64,000 bases of DNA from Paraspadella gotoi (GCA_051294375.1 CM119266.1:10449789-10513788); one strand, 5' to 3'; numbered from the stretch's first letter, positions 18,479 through 33,798 are shown. Notes: generated by a model from the letters alone, not told the origin. Program-made: numbers and translations.

Positions 18479-21400
18479 ATGAATTTCGCAAGGAGCGCAC
18501 GGCGGGGGAAAATGTAAGGCATCAGTACGGCGTGAAAGTGAAAAAAAAGGGTTAATGCCCCAGAAAATGCCGAATTTTTCTCTCTCTTTGGCTGGAAGCT
18601 CAATCAAGCAGAGAAAGAGAGAGAGACAGAGAGAGAGAGAGAAAGAGAGAGAGAAAAAAAAATCGGAAGAGAAAAGTTCCAAGTTCCAAAACATAGCCTT
18701 GAAAAATTACAGAATTTTTTTTTTTTCAGAGAAACTTAATTAATTCATTTTTTTAACAAAATTTACAAAAGTCACATCAAACTTGAACTGTGAACCGTGA
18801 TGACGTCAGGCAACGACGCCATCTAGACTGGGAAACCAAACAAAAGGCACTTCGCATATTTTGTGCACGAGTTAATTAAAAAAAAAAGTGGCATTCTCTG
18901 AGAAAAATGTAGTCAGAAATTGGTTTGGTTTTTTTTTTCTTCCTTTTTATGACGTCGAATTCTCGAAACTTCCCCTGTACTTTAGCCCATTGACACATAT
19001 CTAATCTGCAACAGCTCGACACAGCCCGGCACGGCGCAGCTCAACCCCGCGCGAGTTGTTGACCGTCCAATCGTCGATCCAGATTAACTGAGAGTCAGGG
19101 AATATGTTTGCCAAACCGTTAAATCCCCCGGTTGTCGTCGTCGTCGTCGTTCTACGCGAAAACAGCACGATCTTTTCTATTGACATTAAAATTGCCAAGC
19201 ATTTCCAATTCCAATAAACCAATTATTGAATCGAATAAGTGTAGCGTCGTAAATGCCGAATACTCAGCGGGAGTTACGTGATCGATTAAAGTTTTTAGTT
19301 TTAACCAAAAAAAAAAAAAAGAAAGAAAAAAAAGAGTCACGTCTAACGGAACTGTTGTTCTTCGGGCAAAGAACATTCCACAGGTGAATCAGAAAACAGT
19401 CGATTTCGCAATTTTTTTTAAAAAAAGGGCAGAAAAAAAGATTAAGAATTTAATCTTTTTTTTCGATCGCGCGGCTTTCGGACAAAAAAGAAAATCCTCG
19501 TCACTCATTAGCACTTGCGTTCGCCTCGCGTCGACAGCTCCAATGGTGGCGAAAAAATGCGAGAACGAGAGAGGCGGGGGGGGGCTAATTTTTGCAGGTG
19601 GGAGCATCGAAATTTCTCAGAGAAAAGAAAAAACCAATATAAAAAATGTGGGCAGAGAAAATCTTTCGGAAAAAATTCTATCTTATAGAGAGGCAGCCCA
19701 ATCAGCTGTCAGATGTCTTGGGGAGAAGGAAAGGTCGGATCAATTAAGGCGGCATATAAAGAGAGCAGAAGACAGAAGATGAGAGAGAGAGAAGAGAGTA
19801 GAGCCGAGACAGAGAGAGAAGGAACGAGAGCCTAGATAGAGAGAGAGAGAGATAGAGATGGAGAGTGCAGCTTTTTAAGGAATTTATATTAGGACTTCTT
19901 AGCGATAATAAACACCTCATTATGTATGGACGTTTCGGGTTATTTCGGTAGACCTAAAATAAGAAATGAGCAAGAAAAAAAAATAATGGCCTACCGTAAA
20001 ATTTGATTAAGAAATATAAAAATTGAATCAGTTTCGTGGTAGGATGAGATGATGGAGAGAGGCAGAGAGCGAGCGGAAGAGAGATCGGAGAGAAGGAGGA
20101 GAGAGAGAGAGAGAGAGACGAGAGAGAGACGAGAGGAGCAGAGCATGCACAATAGCCAAATAAGGGCTGGCCGCCGCCGAACTAAACCAGCAGCAAGATC
20201 CGGTTTTTTCAAGTACGGCCATTCCTTCCCGCGCTGACGACCACTGTGCCGATCCAAGGCCGAAAAATGCCCTCTCTTCTCTCTCCGCTTCTCTCTCGTC
20301 TCTCTCTCTCTCGTATTGACTTGGAGCCTTAGACTTGTAGGCGCTAATGTGTGGATCGCAAGCCACTTCGAAACGGTTTCCAATGTGTACCAATTGAAAT
20401 CGATACAGAAGAAAACAGAGCTGGGGTACTTTTTGTTCAGGTGGTAATGCATTAAATTCGGTCGCTTGGGTCGTTAAGTATCTGTGTTGAATTCGCCTTC
20501 TTGATTTAATCATGATTTGGATTATATTGCCGCGGTGGACGCTTTTGTAAGAGGTAGATTCTTAAGCCGTTTTTATTTATATCTTGATGGACTTTAATAA
20601 AGTCAAAACTTGGGTCCGGCTAATGTACGACGTCAATATTACTCGGTTTCGATGTTAAACAAAATACTATTGTCTATAGTTAGTTTTAATTGTATGGTGG
20701 AAGAAAATCCTGCAACCGATGACCGCGGTCAGCGGAGACAGGGGAGAGGTATTCGCCATTCCGATAAAGTTTACTATTAACGAATTATTTAAAATTATTG
20801 CATCTCTTCAATTGGTATGCATTCGTTCGTCAGATCCGCCGATCGATTCTCGAATCGCGAGATTGTCCAAGTTTGTATTTTTTTTAGTTCTATTTTCAGA
20901 CAAAANNNNNNNNNNNNNNNNNNNNNNNNNNNNNNNNNNNNNNNNNNNNNNNNNNNNNNNNNNNNNNNNNNNNNNNNNNNNNNNNNNNNNNNNNNNNNNN
21001 NNNNNNNNNNNNNNNNNNNNNNNNNNNNNNNNNNNNNNNNNNNNNNNNNNNNNNNNNNNNNNNNNNNNNNNNNNNNNNNNNNNNNNNNNNNNNNNNNNNN
21101 NNNNNNNNNNNNNNNNNNNNNNNNNNNNNNNNNNNNNNNNNNNNNNNNNNNNNNNNNNNNNNNNNNNNNNNNNNNNNNNNNNNNNNNNNNNNNNNNNNNN
21201 NNNNNNNNNNNNNNNNNNNNNNNNNNNNNNNNNNNNNNNNNNNNNNNNNNNNNNNNNNNNNNNNNNNNNNNNNNNNNNNNNNNNNNNNNNNNNNNNNNNN
21301 NNNNNNNNNNNNNNNNNNNNNNNNNNNNNNNNNNNNNNNNNNNNNNNNNNNNNNNNNNNNNNNNNNNNNNNNNNNNNNNNNNNNNNNNNNNNNNNNNNNN

Positions 21401-21989
21401 NNNNNNNNNNNNNNNNNNNNNNNNAAAAAAAAGGCGGAAATAAAAACGCCCTATTCGTCGTAGACAACGTTGGGTTAAGAGAATGAACAAACTCCAAAGT
21501 CAAACCAAATACATCAATTCACAATATCCACTGAGAAGACGTGNNNNNNNNNNNNNNNNNNNNNNNNNNNNNNNNNNNNNNNNNNNNNNNNNNNNNNNNN
21601 NNNNNNNNNNNNNNNNNNNNNNNNNNNNNNNNNNNNNNNNNNNNNNNNNNNNNNNNNNNNNNNNNNNNNNNNNNNNNNNNNNNNNNNNNNNNNNNNNNNN
21701 NNNNNNNNNNNNNNNNNNNNNNNNNNNNNNNNNNNNNNNNNNNNNNNNNNNNNNNNNNNNNNNNNNNNNNNNNNCCCTCACACTCTCTCTTTCTCCCACA
21801 GGAGGAAAAACATTGTTTCCTGCTGCGCAATTTCGCGTAAAAATAAAACAAAAAAAATTGTTTCTCCTCTCTCTCCTCGGTGGGGGGGGGGTGCCGGTCT
21901 CGCGGGTCGTGTCCCTCTCTCTCTCTCTCTTCTCTCCTCTCTCTCTCTCTCTCTCTCATTAGACGATCTGGGCTGCTAGACACAAACTA

Positions 21990-23060
21990 GAAGGGGGTCA
22001 GAGCAAGACAATGGTAATGCAACATTGGGAAAATAGCTGGACAAACGAGAAAAAATGGAAACTTCGAAATAAAAATTAAAATTGCACGTCATATGTAAGG
22101 TACCTAGGGATATTATAAGTAAAGATGGTAAAAATACAGAAAACTTAAGAAAACCGGAAAAGAAAAAATTACAAATGAACATTCGAAAAATGTCGAAACA
22201 CAAGTGTCCTCAAAGTGAAGTTATGGGAAAGACAAATAGACGACATCTGTTCTTATCGATACTTCATGAAAAGAGTAGAGTTTACTGGTTTGCTTACAAA
22301 CTCTGTGAAACAGGCACTGAACAAAAAAGGAACAAGAAGGATTCTAGAACAAAATAGAAATCAAGCAATCAAACAATTATTTTCACTCTCCGTATTCAAT
22401 GACCAACACCAGCGATAAATTTACAAGCTTCGGTCTTTTGTACACAACTTGCCGAGTCATCCTCAAACAAATTGCTTTAATCTCCATAATTATCTTAACC
22501 AAAATGCAAACACATTGGACCTTACAGAGCTGGTAATCGTTAGATGAAAAGAACATTGGCATGGACCAAATATATAAAGAAAAAACAGTAAATAAAATTA
22601 ACCACCTTGATTTCAAACTCAATTAAAAAATAATTTCAAAAAATCAATGGAAAATCGAAGTCAAAAAAGAGATAGAAAAAAAATAATAAACAAAAATTAC
22701 TCTAGACGACTGCCATTAAAATATTGGAAAATTGGAGAGAAAAAATCAGTAAAGGAGTCTAAGAGAACTAAATCAATCATAATAAACTCAACAAATGGAA
22801 CTACAAAGAGAACATGCAAGGAACTACTAAAAGTGCACGAAAAACAACACCAAGATCTCTTTTGATAGCGAAGGATACGTAGAGTAGTGTGGAAAAAGGG
22901 CTCAAAGGATCTTTAAAAGAAATCTATGTGAACAATTAACACTTTTCGATATGAAGAACACCGTTCTAAATTATTGCGTTTAAATGTAAAAAAACATAAA
23001 TTTCTAAGGAAGACTACCAAATAAAATCGATTCAGAGAATTATTCTAAAGATACTTCCCA
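21990..23060 (+). mobile_element. Possible highly decayed 3' fragment of a non-LTR (LINE) retrotransposon
   Basis: A-rich coding-like strand with stops and frameshifts. 'YVRYLGI..SKDGKNTENL' (~22090-22150) resembles the RT YLG thumb motif; a possible Cys knuckle remnant lies near 22920-23000. Confidence 0.3.
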
Positions 23061-23821
23061 AAACTTATGAAAATAATGGTAACATGAAAATGTATGGGAA
23101 TGTAAAAATGGAAAGGTTCCGATCATAAACTTAAGCTATGATCGTTTGTATATAAAAATTTTGTCTTTTTTAAGTTTACAATATCTCTCTCTTTNNNNNN
23201 NNNNNNNNNNNNNNNNNNNGAGAGATCAAATCGCGAAGAGTCCATCAGAGCGATAAGTGTCACCCCCCCTCTTTTCTTTTGACACATTGGATCGAAGATC
23301 GAATCGATAAATGTCACCAGTTTTTCTTTTTTCCTTTATGTCTTTCTTCTTCTATTTTTTACAAAGTTTCGCCCCCTGGCGACTCCTCGGGGCCTCAAGA
23401 TCGCGGCGCCGCCTCCAGGGCCTCGGTACGCCACCTCGCGGGGTTCCCGTCGCCACGTCCGTCCTCGGAGACGTCATGAGTATTCCGCTCCCGGGTCCGC
23501 TGGCCGTGTGGGCCCTCGCGTCACTGGAAAGTCCCGTCGCATTGGCCTCGCGCTTCGGGGTCTATGCACGGCGTCAACCCCCGGGTCAGCGTAGCCTCCG
23601 GAGGAAGAAGAAGGGGGAGGAGAAGAAGGAGAAGAAACGCGCGCATGGAAAATAAACGAGGGTGACACAAAAAAATGGCGGCGACGACGACGAGAACGAC
23701 GACGACGTACGACGACGCGCCCCGAGAAACAAGCACGAGTTTTTTTATGAGAGAAAAAAAATAAACGTCGATAAGAAAAAGCGAAAAAAGTTAAGAGAAA
23801 AATAAGGATATGTAAGGGGGC

Positions 23822-23915
<94 letters not shown>

Positions 23916-24009
23916 CGATGGCAAACTAAAAAAAAAAGAGAAGCGAGACGAGGAGACTGTTGGCACGTCTGACGAGAAACGAGACAAGATTGAAGAAAGG
24001 CAGGATGAG

Positions 24010-24110
24010 GAAAGAGACTATTTACAGATGAAGAAGAAGGAAAGAGACGATTTACAGATGAAGGAGAAGGAAAGAGATGATTTACAGATGGAGGTGGAGG
24101 AAAGAGACGA
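24010..24110 (+). repeat. 30-bp minisatellite, ~3.3 copies (gaaagagacgatttacagatgaaggagaag)
   Basis: Seen directly. Confidence 0.85.
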
Positions 24111-25828
24111 AAGAGAAAGAGAGATGGTATCTGAGTGAAAAGAATATTGCTTGTACAAATTTCGAAACGATAAGAGAGCGTCAGATGTAAATTCTGGGTC
24201 GAGTTGAGACAAAGAGAAAAGATAATGAGGTTAATTAAGAGTAAATAGATAGAAGATTAATTGATTTAGCGAGAGGCAATGACATTGGATCGAACAAAAT
24301 TAAAAAAAAAAGCGAATGTCACTGAACAATAACTGTAAAACAGACACCGAATAACATAATATAAAAAAGACCAAAAAAACAAAACTAAAAAAACAAAACA
24401 ACTAAGAGGTGAGACAGATGTCCATGCTCTCGAAGCCGAGATAACGCTGAGGTCGCGCGCGTCGCTGAGGCTCATGGAACCGAGGTCGAAAGTTGAGACG
24501 GAATGCGATGTGTGGGGAGGAGAGAGAACGAACGAAGAATGAATGAAGAACGAATGAAGAATGAATGATGAACGAACGAAGAATGAATGATGAACGAACG
24601 AAGAATGAAGGATGAACGAATGAATTTTATTCAATTAAAACCAAACAAATTAAATTTGTCAGCGACATATGATGTTTAGAGACCGAATTTTAAAGCCCAA
24701 TGTCCAACAAAAAAAAAACCCAAAAAACCAAAGCTTAACCAGAAAAGCCCACTAACTAATATGAGAAATAAATCGAAAATACCGAACGTCACGGGATTTC
24801 AAAATTTTAAAAATTCTATAGGGTAAGCGAGTAGTTAAAAAATGTTCGTAAATACTCTAAAAGTCAAATGAAATCGGGAGAATCGAAATTTATTTATTTT
24901 TTTTTAACCATTCATTCTATCGCTGAACGATGAGAATAATACATTTTAGGTTTCGAGATTGTGAGAGAAAAACGAAAAACAAAAAAAANNNNNNNNNNNN
25001 NNNNNNNNNNNNNNNNNNNNNNNNNNNNNNNNNNNNNNNNNNNNNNNNNNNNNNNNNNNNNNNNNNNNNNNNNNNNNNNNNNNNNNNNNNNNNNNNNNNN
25101 NNNNNNNNNNNNNNNNNNNNNNNNNNNNNNNNNNNNNNNNNNNNNNNNNNNNNNNNNNNNNNNNNNNNNNNNNNNNNNNNNNNNNNNNNNNNNNNNNNNN
25201 NNNNNNNNNNNNNNNNNNNNNNNNNNNNNNNNNNNNNNNNNNNNNNNNNNNNNNNNNNNNNNNNNNNNNNNNNNNNNNNNNNNNNNNNNNNNNNNNNNNN
25301 NNNNNNNNNNNNNNNNNNNNNNNNNNNNNNNNNNNNNNNNNNNNNNNNNNNNNNNNNNNNNNNNNNNNNNNNNNNNNNNNNNNNNNNNNNNNNNNNNNNN
25401 NNNNNNNNNNNNNNNNNNNNNNNNNNNNNNNNNNNNNNNNNNNNNNNNNNNNNNNNNNNNNNNNNNNNNNNNNNNNNNNNNNNNNNNNNNNNNNNNNNNN
25501 NNNNNNNNNNNNNNNNNNNNNNNNNNNNNNNNNNNNNNNNNNNNNNNNNNNNNNNNNNNNNNNNNNNNNNNNNNNNNNNNNNNNNNNNAGAGAAAAAGAG
25601 AGGAGAGAGAGAAGAGAGAAGAGAGAGAGAGAAGCTAAATTCTGGATTCTCGCTGGAAACACATTTCTCTTTTTTTTGTAAAAAGGCAAGGAAGGGAAAC
25701 AGAAGAGAAAGTAACACTTGAACGATTTTACATTAATGTAGCAGAAGAGGAGAGAGAAGAAAATAGAAGGAGAGATCGATAAAGAGAGGAGAGAGAAAGA
25801 GAGAGAAGGAGGAGAGAGAGAGAGAGAG

Positions 25829-25872
<44 letters not shown>

Positions 25873-28253
25873 GAGAGACAGAGAGAGATAGGGAAGAGAC
25901 GAACGGAAGAAACAGACGGACCATAAAAGGAGGAGGAATAAATTCCCACGAACACGCCCCATGCAAACGACGAGAGAAAAAAAAAGTTTCATTGTAAGAA
26001 AACTATTGGGAGAAATGTATATACCCGGGAAGGTTGGCGAAGCTAACGTTAAAGAGAGAGAGAGAAAAAGAGAGAGAGAGAGAGAGAGAAGGAGAGAGAC
26101 TTGTAAGCATACTCTACTTCTATGCCTTCTTCTGCGACGGCAGGAGAACCGGCCGGATTGAGATGCAGCGGCGGCCGTCTCGTGCGCCGCGGCGGAGCAG
26201 CCCGGGCGAGAGACTCGCGGCCGCAGCCCGAGTGGCACTGCAGCGGCAGCGGCAGCGTGTGCAGAGTTCTCGAGATGCTGCCGCCGCTGGATCCTGCCGT
26301 GCTTTCCGTTCCCTGGGTTGTCCTTTTACATACGCTGCCGGAAAATGAATTGCGTATGGATGTCGGCCAAACCCACCACCCCATGGGCCATGTCGGCTAA
26401 TCCCACCCTTTATTAACCAACTCGAACTTTTATTTTGTCAGTTTTAATATGGAATGGACAGGATTCGGCAACTGAACTTTGCCCCTTTAAATGTAAGCGA
26501 AAAAAATAATTAAAAAAACTACATTTGTAATGATATCAAATCAATTGAAGTAAAGGAGTGGTTTTGACATTTGTAAAATGAAGATAAATAGAATAATAAT
26601 CCACAACATTCTATAACACTGCGATCTTGAAACAAATATCTGATATTCAACCTATTAGTTTAGTGCCCTTTCATGTTTTTTTTTTTTTTCAATATTGACT
26701 TTATTTTTGTTGGTGGAAAATCGATAAAGGTCCTGGGTAAGGTGGTTTTTCGACCAACTGTTGACGCAGCCTCCGCCGCAGCTGCTACCGTCGCTGCCTA
26801 CACTATTCTATACCCGGCTGTTCTACATACACGCATACATTTACATACGGGTTGCGGTCCGGAGCGGCAATGAGGAAGACCATGAAGAGGAGGAGGAGGA
26901 GGAGGAGGAGGTCTAGGCAAACGAGACTCGAAACGATGAAGAGGAGGAGCTGATCGAGGAGGAAGAGGAGGAAGAGGAGAAGGAAGATGAGGAGGAAGAG
27001 ATTGCGAAAGACTCCCAGTGTGGGTGCATAGCCTTGGACGAGGTTCTCTCGTGCCCGGTCGATGGCCGTCTTGGCGAACCGATCCGGCCGTGTGGGGGTG
27101 TTGGGGCCGAATTGGGGGCGGGGGTAAGTCGCGGACCGTATTAACATGGGTAAGTTGAAGTGAGAGAGTGTCATAGTTTTTAATTCGATGGAAATAAAAG
27201 TGATAAGACATTTTATTTTTGAAAGATACTTTTGCCGAGAAAATCCAATATAAATAAAGTAAGGTAATTAGAAACAATTCTATGAAACTTTTCACTCATT
27301 TAATAAAGTAGAATCTGGTCCATAGTAGCTGTAAGCTTACTGCAAATTTTACGTAATTTTGCTAATTGATTAATGATTCAGCAATAGTAAGGAGGAATGT
27401 AAATTCTTGCCTCTTTCTGAATTTTAGACTTAAACTCACACAATTTTTTATCTTTTATTCCCTAAATAGATACCACCAGGCAAGAAAAGCTAACGGTTGC
27501 CGGTAATAAAAAGTTAATTTTTCGATGGCTGTCACGCTTCCGATTAACACAAATGTAACGATACCGTTATTAATATTTTTTTTATAATTATCAATGACCA
27601 AAAGCAATAAGAAAAAGCAAAATGACTGTAAAACGTTCAAGGAAAAGAAAGGACTACAAAAACGCTAGGCACTAACTTCGGTAAATGTTAAAAATAATCC
27701 ATAACATCACAGAGGCAACTAACTAATTTGACATTGAAACGGTTTTAAGGCCTATAGTTAAAAAAAAACTTTAAAACCTAATGGCTGGAATTGATAAGCC
27801 TAAAGATATTCCGTTTTTAACATTATAACATTATAACGAGAAAGAGTTTGTTTTACTGCAGTATGATAATGATAATGCAAATGACATTACAGGCAGTTTT
27901 CAACATCTCGTTTTCTCTCACCAACCTCGTTTTTTCGACCCTAATGAACCCGAAAGGGTGAGGCCGAGGGAGATGATATTGTTCTCTCCGCATAAATTTC
28001 ATATCCGCCCCTTGGGGCATTTTCATGCATCCGAAAGAAGTACCACGGAAAATGAGGAAGAGGCGAGGGAGGGAGGAAGAAGAGAAGAAAAGAGGATAAA
28101 TATAGTCGAGATGTGTGTGTTTGTGAGAAAGAAAGAAAATAAAGGCAAATGGGAAAAGACAGGTGGGAATTTCGAATTGTGTTTTATACATTATTATAAC
28201 TTTTATAACAAATGAATGAAAAGTGAATAAAATAATAGAGAGGTGGAATAATG

Positions 28254-28374
<121 letters not shown>

Positions 28375-29386
28375 TCGGCATTTTTCGGGTTAGCCCTTCG
28401 TCAGGCTGAAGGTTCTCATCGCAAGGAATTTCACTTGATGACGTCACGCGGTGATCACGTGATCAGTCATCTGGAACAATTCCGCAGTTGAGTTATTATT
28501 AAGTTCGCGAGATAAAAAAAAAGTTGAATCGGATTCAAACAAATATTTTATATAATCAAAGCATATTAACCGTGTAATATAACGCTTTGAAATCTTGATA
28601 ACACTGCCCTTTTTTGAATAATACTACATTATCTCTCCAAAAATATCTCTAAATAATTTTATGAACGATTTATATATAACAATTCCAACCGCGACGAACC
28701 GTTTCGTGACCGGCCAGTTTATCCCCCGAGATCCCAGCATGATCCAAAGTTCCGGACCGAAATCTCTCGTTTTTTTCTCCCAGAAAACCCCGTTTTTAGA
28801 CGATCGATAATTTTATTGATTATTATGAGTTATGAGTTAATGATTTTTCTGATTAAAAGATTTACAATTTTTTTAATATTTGTTTCATGTAGGGTGGCAA
28901 CTGAATTTGTCATTTAGGTTCTCATCGTATATTGTACAATTTTTTTAAAGAATGCACAGCGCAATGAAAGTGAAGCATGTTTGGTTTCCAGCATTTAAAC
29001 TATTTTTTGTCCTAGTAGAGGGGCCCCAAGTTCGTATAAACTCAAAAGTTCTGGGTATTTTAACGCATTAAATGATCACAGATGCCTTTCAATTCTGTTC
29101 ATTGGAACCTGACTAGATTTAATGCAAATTCTTCCTTGCTTTCTTTTAAATTTTGTCTTGCAACATGTCTCTACCGCGTTCGGTTCACAAAACTACTGAA
29201 TGAGATTCTAAAATTCACAAGTCGTAATCGAAAAACCATAATAACCATGTATTGTGAAATCGCGCAACAAATTTTATGTTTCAAGTGAAACTCTCCTTCG
29301 GCTCATTGAGAATCTTGACGAGCTTTTCCAGTCTTCGGAGAGCGAGCGGCAATCCGCCCGACGGCTGCATCCGACGACCACCGTCG

Positions 29387-30759
29387 ATGTCAGAATCGGA
29401 GCCTCGACCGACGGAATGTCCCCCGAATCCTTACCCGAACTTACCCGCCTCCCTCGCCCCTTACATTCGTGTTTCGTTCGTCATTATCGTCGTCGTCGTC
29501 GTCGCCGGCGTGGGCGGCGTTCGCGTCGACGCCGATATCGACGACGACGACGAGGAACGCGAGAGGGCGACGCGTCTCTACCACGACTGCCTGAGGAGAA
29601 GAGAGGCGAGGATGAAGGAGACGGACGAGGAGAGGGAGGAAGAGGAGAGAGAGGGAGAGAGGGAGGAAGGGTTGGAGGAAATGGAGGAGACGCCGATGAT
29701 GAGGAACGAGGGGGAGGAAATCAATTTGGACTGCGATGTCTGTCGTCGCCCGGGACAAGGCAAGCGGTCAGTAGAGACGATGACGAAAATGACGACGACG
29801 ACGACGACGACAATGATTATGACGACGAAAACAGTGATCTTATTTGTGATAACAATTTAGACTTTTAGTCCGAGGTCTGTTAAGGTTGCCAACGCGATTT
29901 GAAAGTTGTCAGCGTCACATGATATTTATAAGAAATTGTGTACATACCATTGTCGGCCAAAATAGGTGATGAGTATATTTAAAATTTTAAATTTCCGAAA
30001 AACAACTTTATTATATATATTTTCGCGTAATTTTAGTGGAGCATAGTTCTCCTGCTTTATGACTGAGGAGTTAACTAAAAATTATATTAATATGTATTTT
30101 CATTTTGATTTCAGGCTCGATTTAAGATATTTCCCATATATTCTCAAATATTATCATTTCAGCCTTAAGGCTTAACGATCCGAAAATTCGCATTACATAT
30201 CTTTTTTTTTATTTCTGTTTCGCGCATAACTGATTATCGTATGAGCTTAGCCCTTCAGACCCGACTACGGAGGCGAAAAGAAGCAAGGGATAAAAGAATT
30301 AGGATGATGGAGGAAGAGAGAGATATATGCAGATAACAAATGCGGGAGGAAATGTGCGTGGAGGGATTTCGAGGTGGAAATATGCATGAGAGAGAGAAAG
30401 AGAGGACTTATAATACGCAACGGGAGGAAGTGTTGTTGATTGGTGATGGATGGAAGGGGGGGAAGTGATAACTTGACATATCCACCTCACATTTTCCCCT
30501 CTTTTCCTTTCCTCCGCATCGAGAAATGCAACCTGGCAACGAATCCTCCATTTTTTTTCTCGTCTCCCGAAATTCCATGTTTTTTCCCCGGGAATGTCGT
30601 TGACCATTTTTTTCCTTCTTTTTCTGGGAATCGCGGGGGAAGGCTTTTGCTGTTTTGGTGACGAAGCTGCGATATATTCATCTGCGCGTCAGTCATTTCT
30701 TTTCTCTCTCTCTCTCTCTCCTCTCTCTCTTCTCTCTCTCTCTCTCTCTCTTCGTCTCT

Positions 30760-30795
<36 letters not shown>

Positions 30796-33710
30796 CCATA
30801 GTCAGCGGGAGAAAGAAGAAAAAAAAGGTTTATAACTCAAAAACACGCCCAACCGCAAAAATAAAAGAGAAGAGGAATCGTTGGAATAAAAAAAAGTAGG
30901 GTTGCATGGATTAGTAGGGATTACAAATCCCAAACCTCAAATCCAACTTACCTTTTCGCCATCTTCCAAAAATCCATATCGTGTACATATATCTTTCCCT
31001 GGGTCCTCTCAAAGCCCTAAGCCTGCCATTCCGATTTGTCCAAACTTGTGCGAACGTCATCGGAAAAAGAAAGGAAAAGAAAGAAAATGGCCGAGGCCGA
31101 GGAAGATCCGCGATATAAGTTGGGGCATTCGAGCGTCGGAAAAAAGGTTTCGCCCACCGCAGCGGATCGAGTTTCCTTACCCCTTGTACATGACGAAAGT
31201 CAATAAAGTTCCGACCGGGATAAGGTTTTTCCGAGGGTGGGGGTTTGGGGGGGGGGGAACGGAGGGTCGCATACTGACATTTTTCGCTGACCAAGAAAAT
31301 CGAGGAAAGTCGCCGAACCTTGTCCGATTTTGTTGACTGGGCAGTAATCGACTTTTGCGTGTTAAATGACGTTTATAAACTAAGTCAACTCATGTTAATC
31401 AATGTAAAGGAAAAGTCTCCTTCGCTAAGTACATCTTAAGCACCATAAATCAGATTGCTATCGCCCGTGCCCCTGATCGAAAAAAAAAAAAAACAAGCCT
31501 GCAATGAAACAAAATGTTATAGAAATTCTCAGAAGGCGGAATATTTTGGGATTTTTTTTCTCGGAAAAAGATTTTTCTCTCCGTCTCGAAAATCATGCGA
31601 TGTCCTCCATGACCTAATTCCTTTTTCCCCCCGAGAAAGGCCGAGGGACGGGAAAGGCGGAAATGAGATCCTTTGTTTGTTTATGTTGGGATCGTCGTCG
31701 TCGTCGTTGTATTTCGTCGTCGTCGTCGTTGTATTTCGTCGATGCAATTGTACGAAAGCCGTCGAGAATTCTTTTCCTCGTTTTCATCACCCACGATTGC
31801 CTGTTGCAATTTATAACGACCGCGTAAATTAAAGAACAACAAACTTCAAGATTACAACAACATACAATAACGTTAAAGTAGGCCTTCAATAGGCAAAATG
31901 ATACCTTGCAATAACAATACACCCTTTGAGTGCTTACCAAAACAAGGGCAACAAAAATTAAACTGTAACATTTAATAATAACTGTACTAAAACATCTAAC
32001 CGTCTGCCTACAACCGCCACTTAACCGCCCCCCTCCCTTCTTTACAGTCACTACACGGTGACGTGGTTCTTTCGCCAACAGGAGTCGTCGTCGCGTCGAC
32101 GTCTCCGTCCAGAGTCGGAACGCGTCGTCGTCAGCGGCAACGGACGTTTGACGATTCAAAGGCTGACGATCGAGGATTCGGGGGTCTACGCATGCGCAGT
32201 AGCGTCCACGGTGGCGTGTTTTTGTTTTTACTTTTCTTTTTCATTTTTATATTGCTTAGTTAAGTTCTTTTCTTTTTTCCTTTCTTTTCCTTTTGCCTTT
32301 CTTTTCTTTTGTCTTTTCTTTTCTCGTCTTCTTTTTTCCTTTCATTTATTCTCTTTTATTTTTATTTTTTTCTTTCCTCCTTTTTTCCATTTGATAAGAT
32401 TCTTCAACAGTTTTAAAACTTTCAACTCTCATTCTAGTCTTCCCCTCATCCTTTCATCTCCGCCAATTTCCTCGTCGACGTCGTCCGCTCAGAGAGACGC
32501 ACCCTCGTCCTCCGAGGCCACAACGAGGATGCACTGCAGTCGCCGAAGCAGCTCGTCGACTTGAACTTAGAGGCGAGCAAAAGAAAGAAATAAATATAAA
32601 AAAGAAGAAAAAAACGGAAACAAATAAGAAGGGAAGGAAGGAAGGAAAGGAAGGAAGGAGGAAAGGAAGAAGAATGGAAGGAAGAAAGGAAGGAAGAGAA
32701 AGGAAGGAAGAAGAAGGAAGGAAGGAAAGGAAGGAAAGGAAGGAAGAAGAAGGAAGGGAAAAAAAGAAAAGAAAGAAAGAAAGAAACTTCCAACACACAG
32801 CTGACGACCCACTGGTCCGAGTGGAGCGACTGCAGCCACTGCGGCGCCGAAGGAATCCGTCGCCGGTTCGGCGACTGCCGCGTGGGCATCCTCGACCGGC
32901 ATCGAGAGAGCCTTCCCTGGCATCGGCTGCGTCGCTTCCCCCGTGGCGTTCCCTGCCGCTCCACCACGCTGTTGCCGCAGCGGGTGAGAGAGACGAAGCT
33001 GGTGGCGGAGCGGCGCAGCGTGACCTTCGTGGAGCCGTGTCGGGTGCCGTGTCGGGCGGCGGCGTCGGTAGAGGAGGTGACCGACGCCGATGGGCTCGTC
33101 GTCGCTCGAATCCACGAAGGCGTTGACAACTCGGTTTTCGAAGAGGCGTTCTCTGCGGCGGCGGGGGCGGCGGGAGCGGCGGGGACGGCGCCGACGCCGG
33201 ATATGGGGCTGGCGCCGCCGCCGTCGCCGGTGAAGAAGATTGTGAGGGAAGTCGCGGGGACGAACATCGTCATGATTTGTCCGCACGAAGGGAAACGAGA
33301 AATATTGAAGGTCGGGTTTTAATGCGAGGATTAGATTAGATTAGATTAGATTAGATTAGATTATTAATTTAGATATTTTTATTTTCAGTTTGGTGAAGAT
33401 ATTATAAGATTACTTTAAAACCCTCCCAAAAACTATAGTCTATCGCAGGAATTTTTTTTTTTTGTCTAATCCTCGCTCAGGTCAAATTCATTTGTTAATT
33501 TTTTTTTTAACAACTTTCATGACAAAAATCTTATTTCTCCCCCTATAAAGTGGTTCAAAGATGGCCGCAAGATGTCGACTCGCGAAACTATGCGAACGAC
33601 ACGCGGAAGAATAGTCATAGACAAAAGACGTCGCATTCACGTGAGATCCGCGCGGAAAGAGGACGAGGGACAATATCATTGTTACGTTGACGGATATTTA
33701 AGAGGTAAAC

Positions 33711-33798
<88 letters not shown>

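Noticed and set aside
26100-27130. GC-rich islands as identifiable exons
   Set aside because: Low-complexity Ala/Glu runs with stops and no recognisable family.
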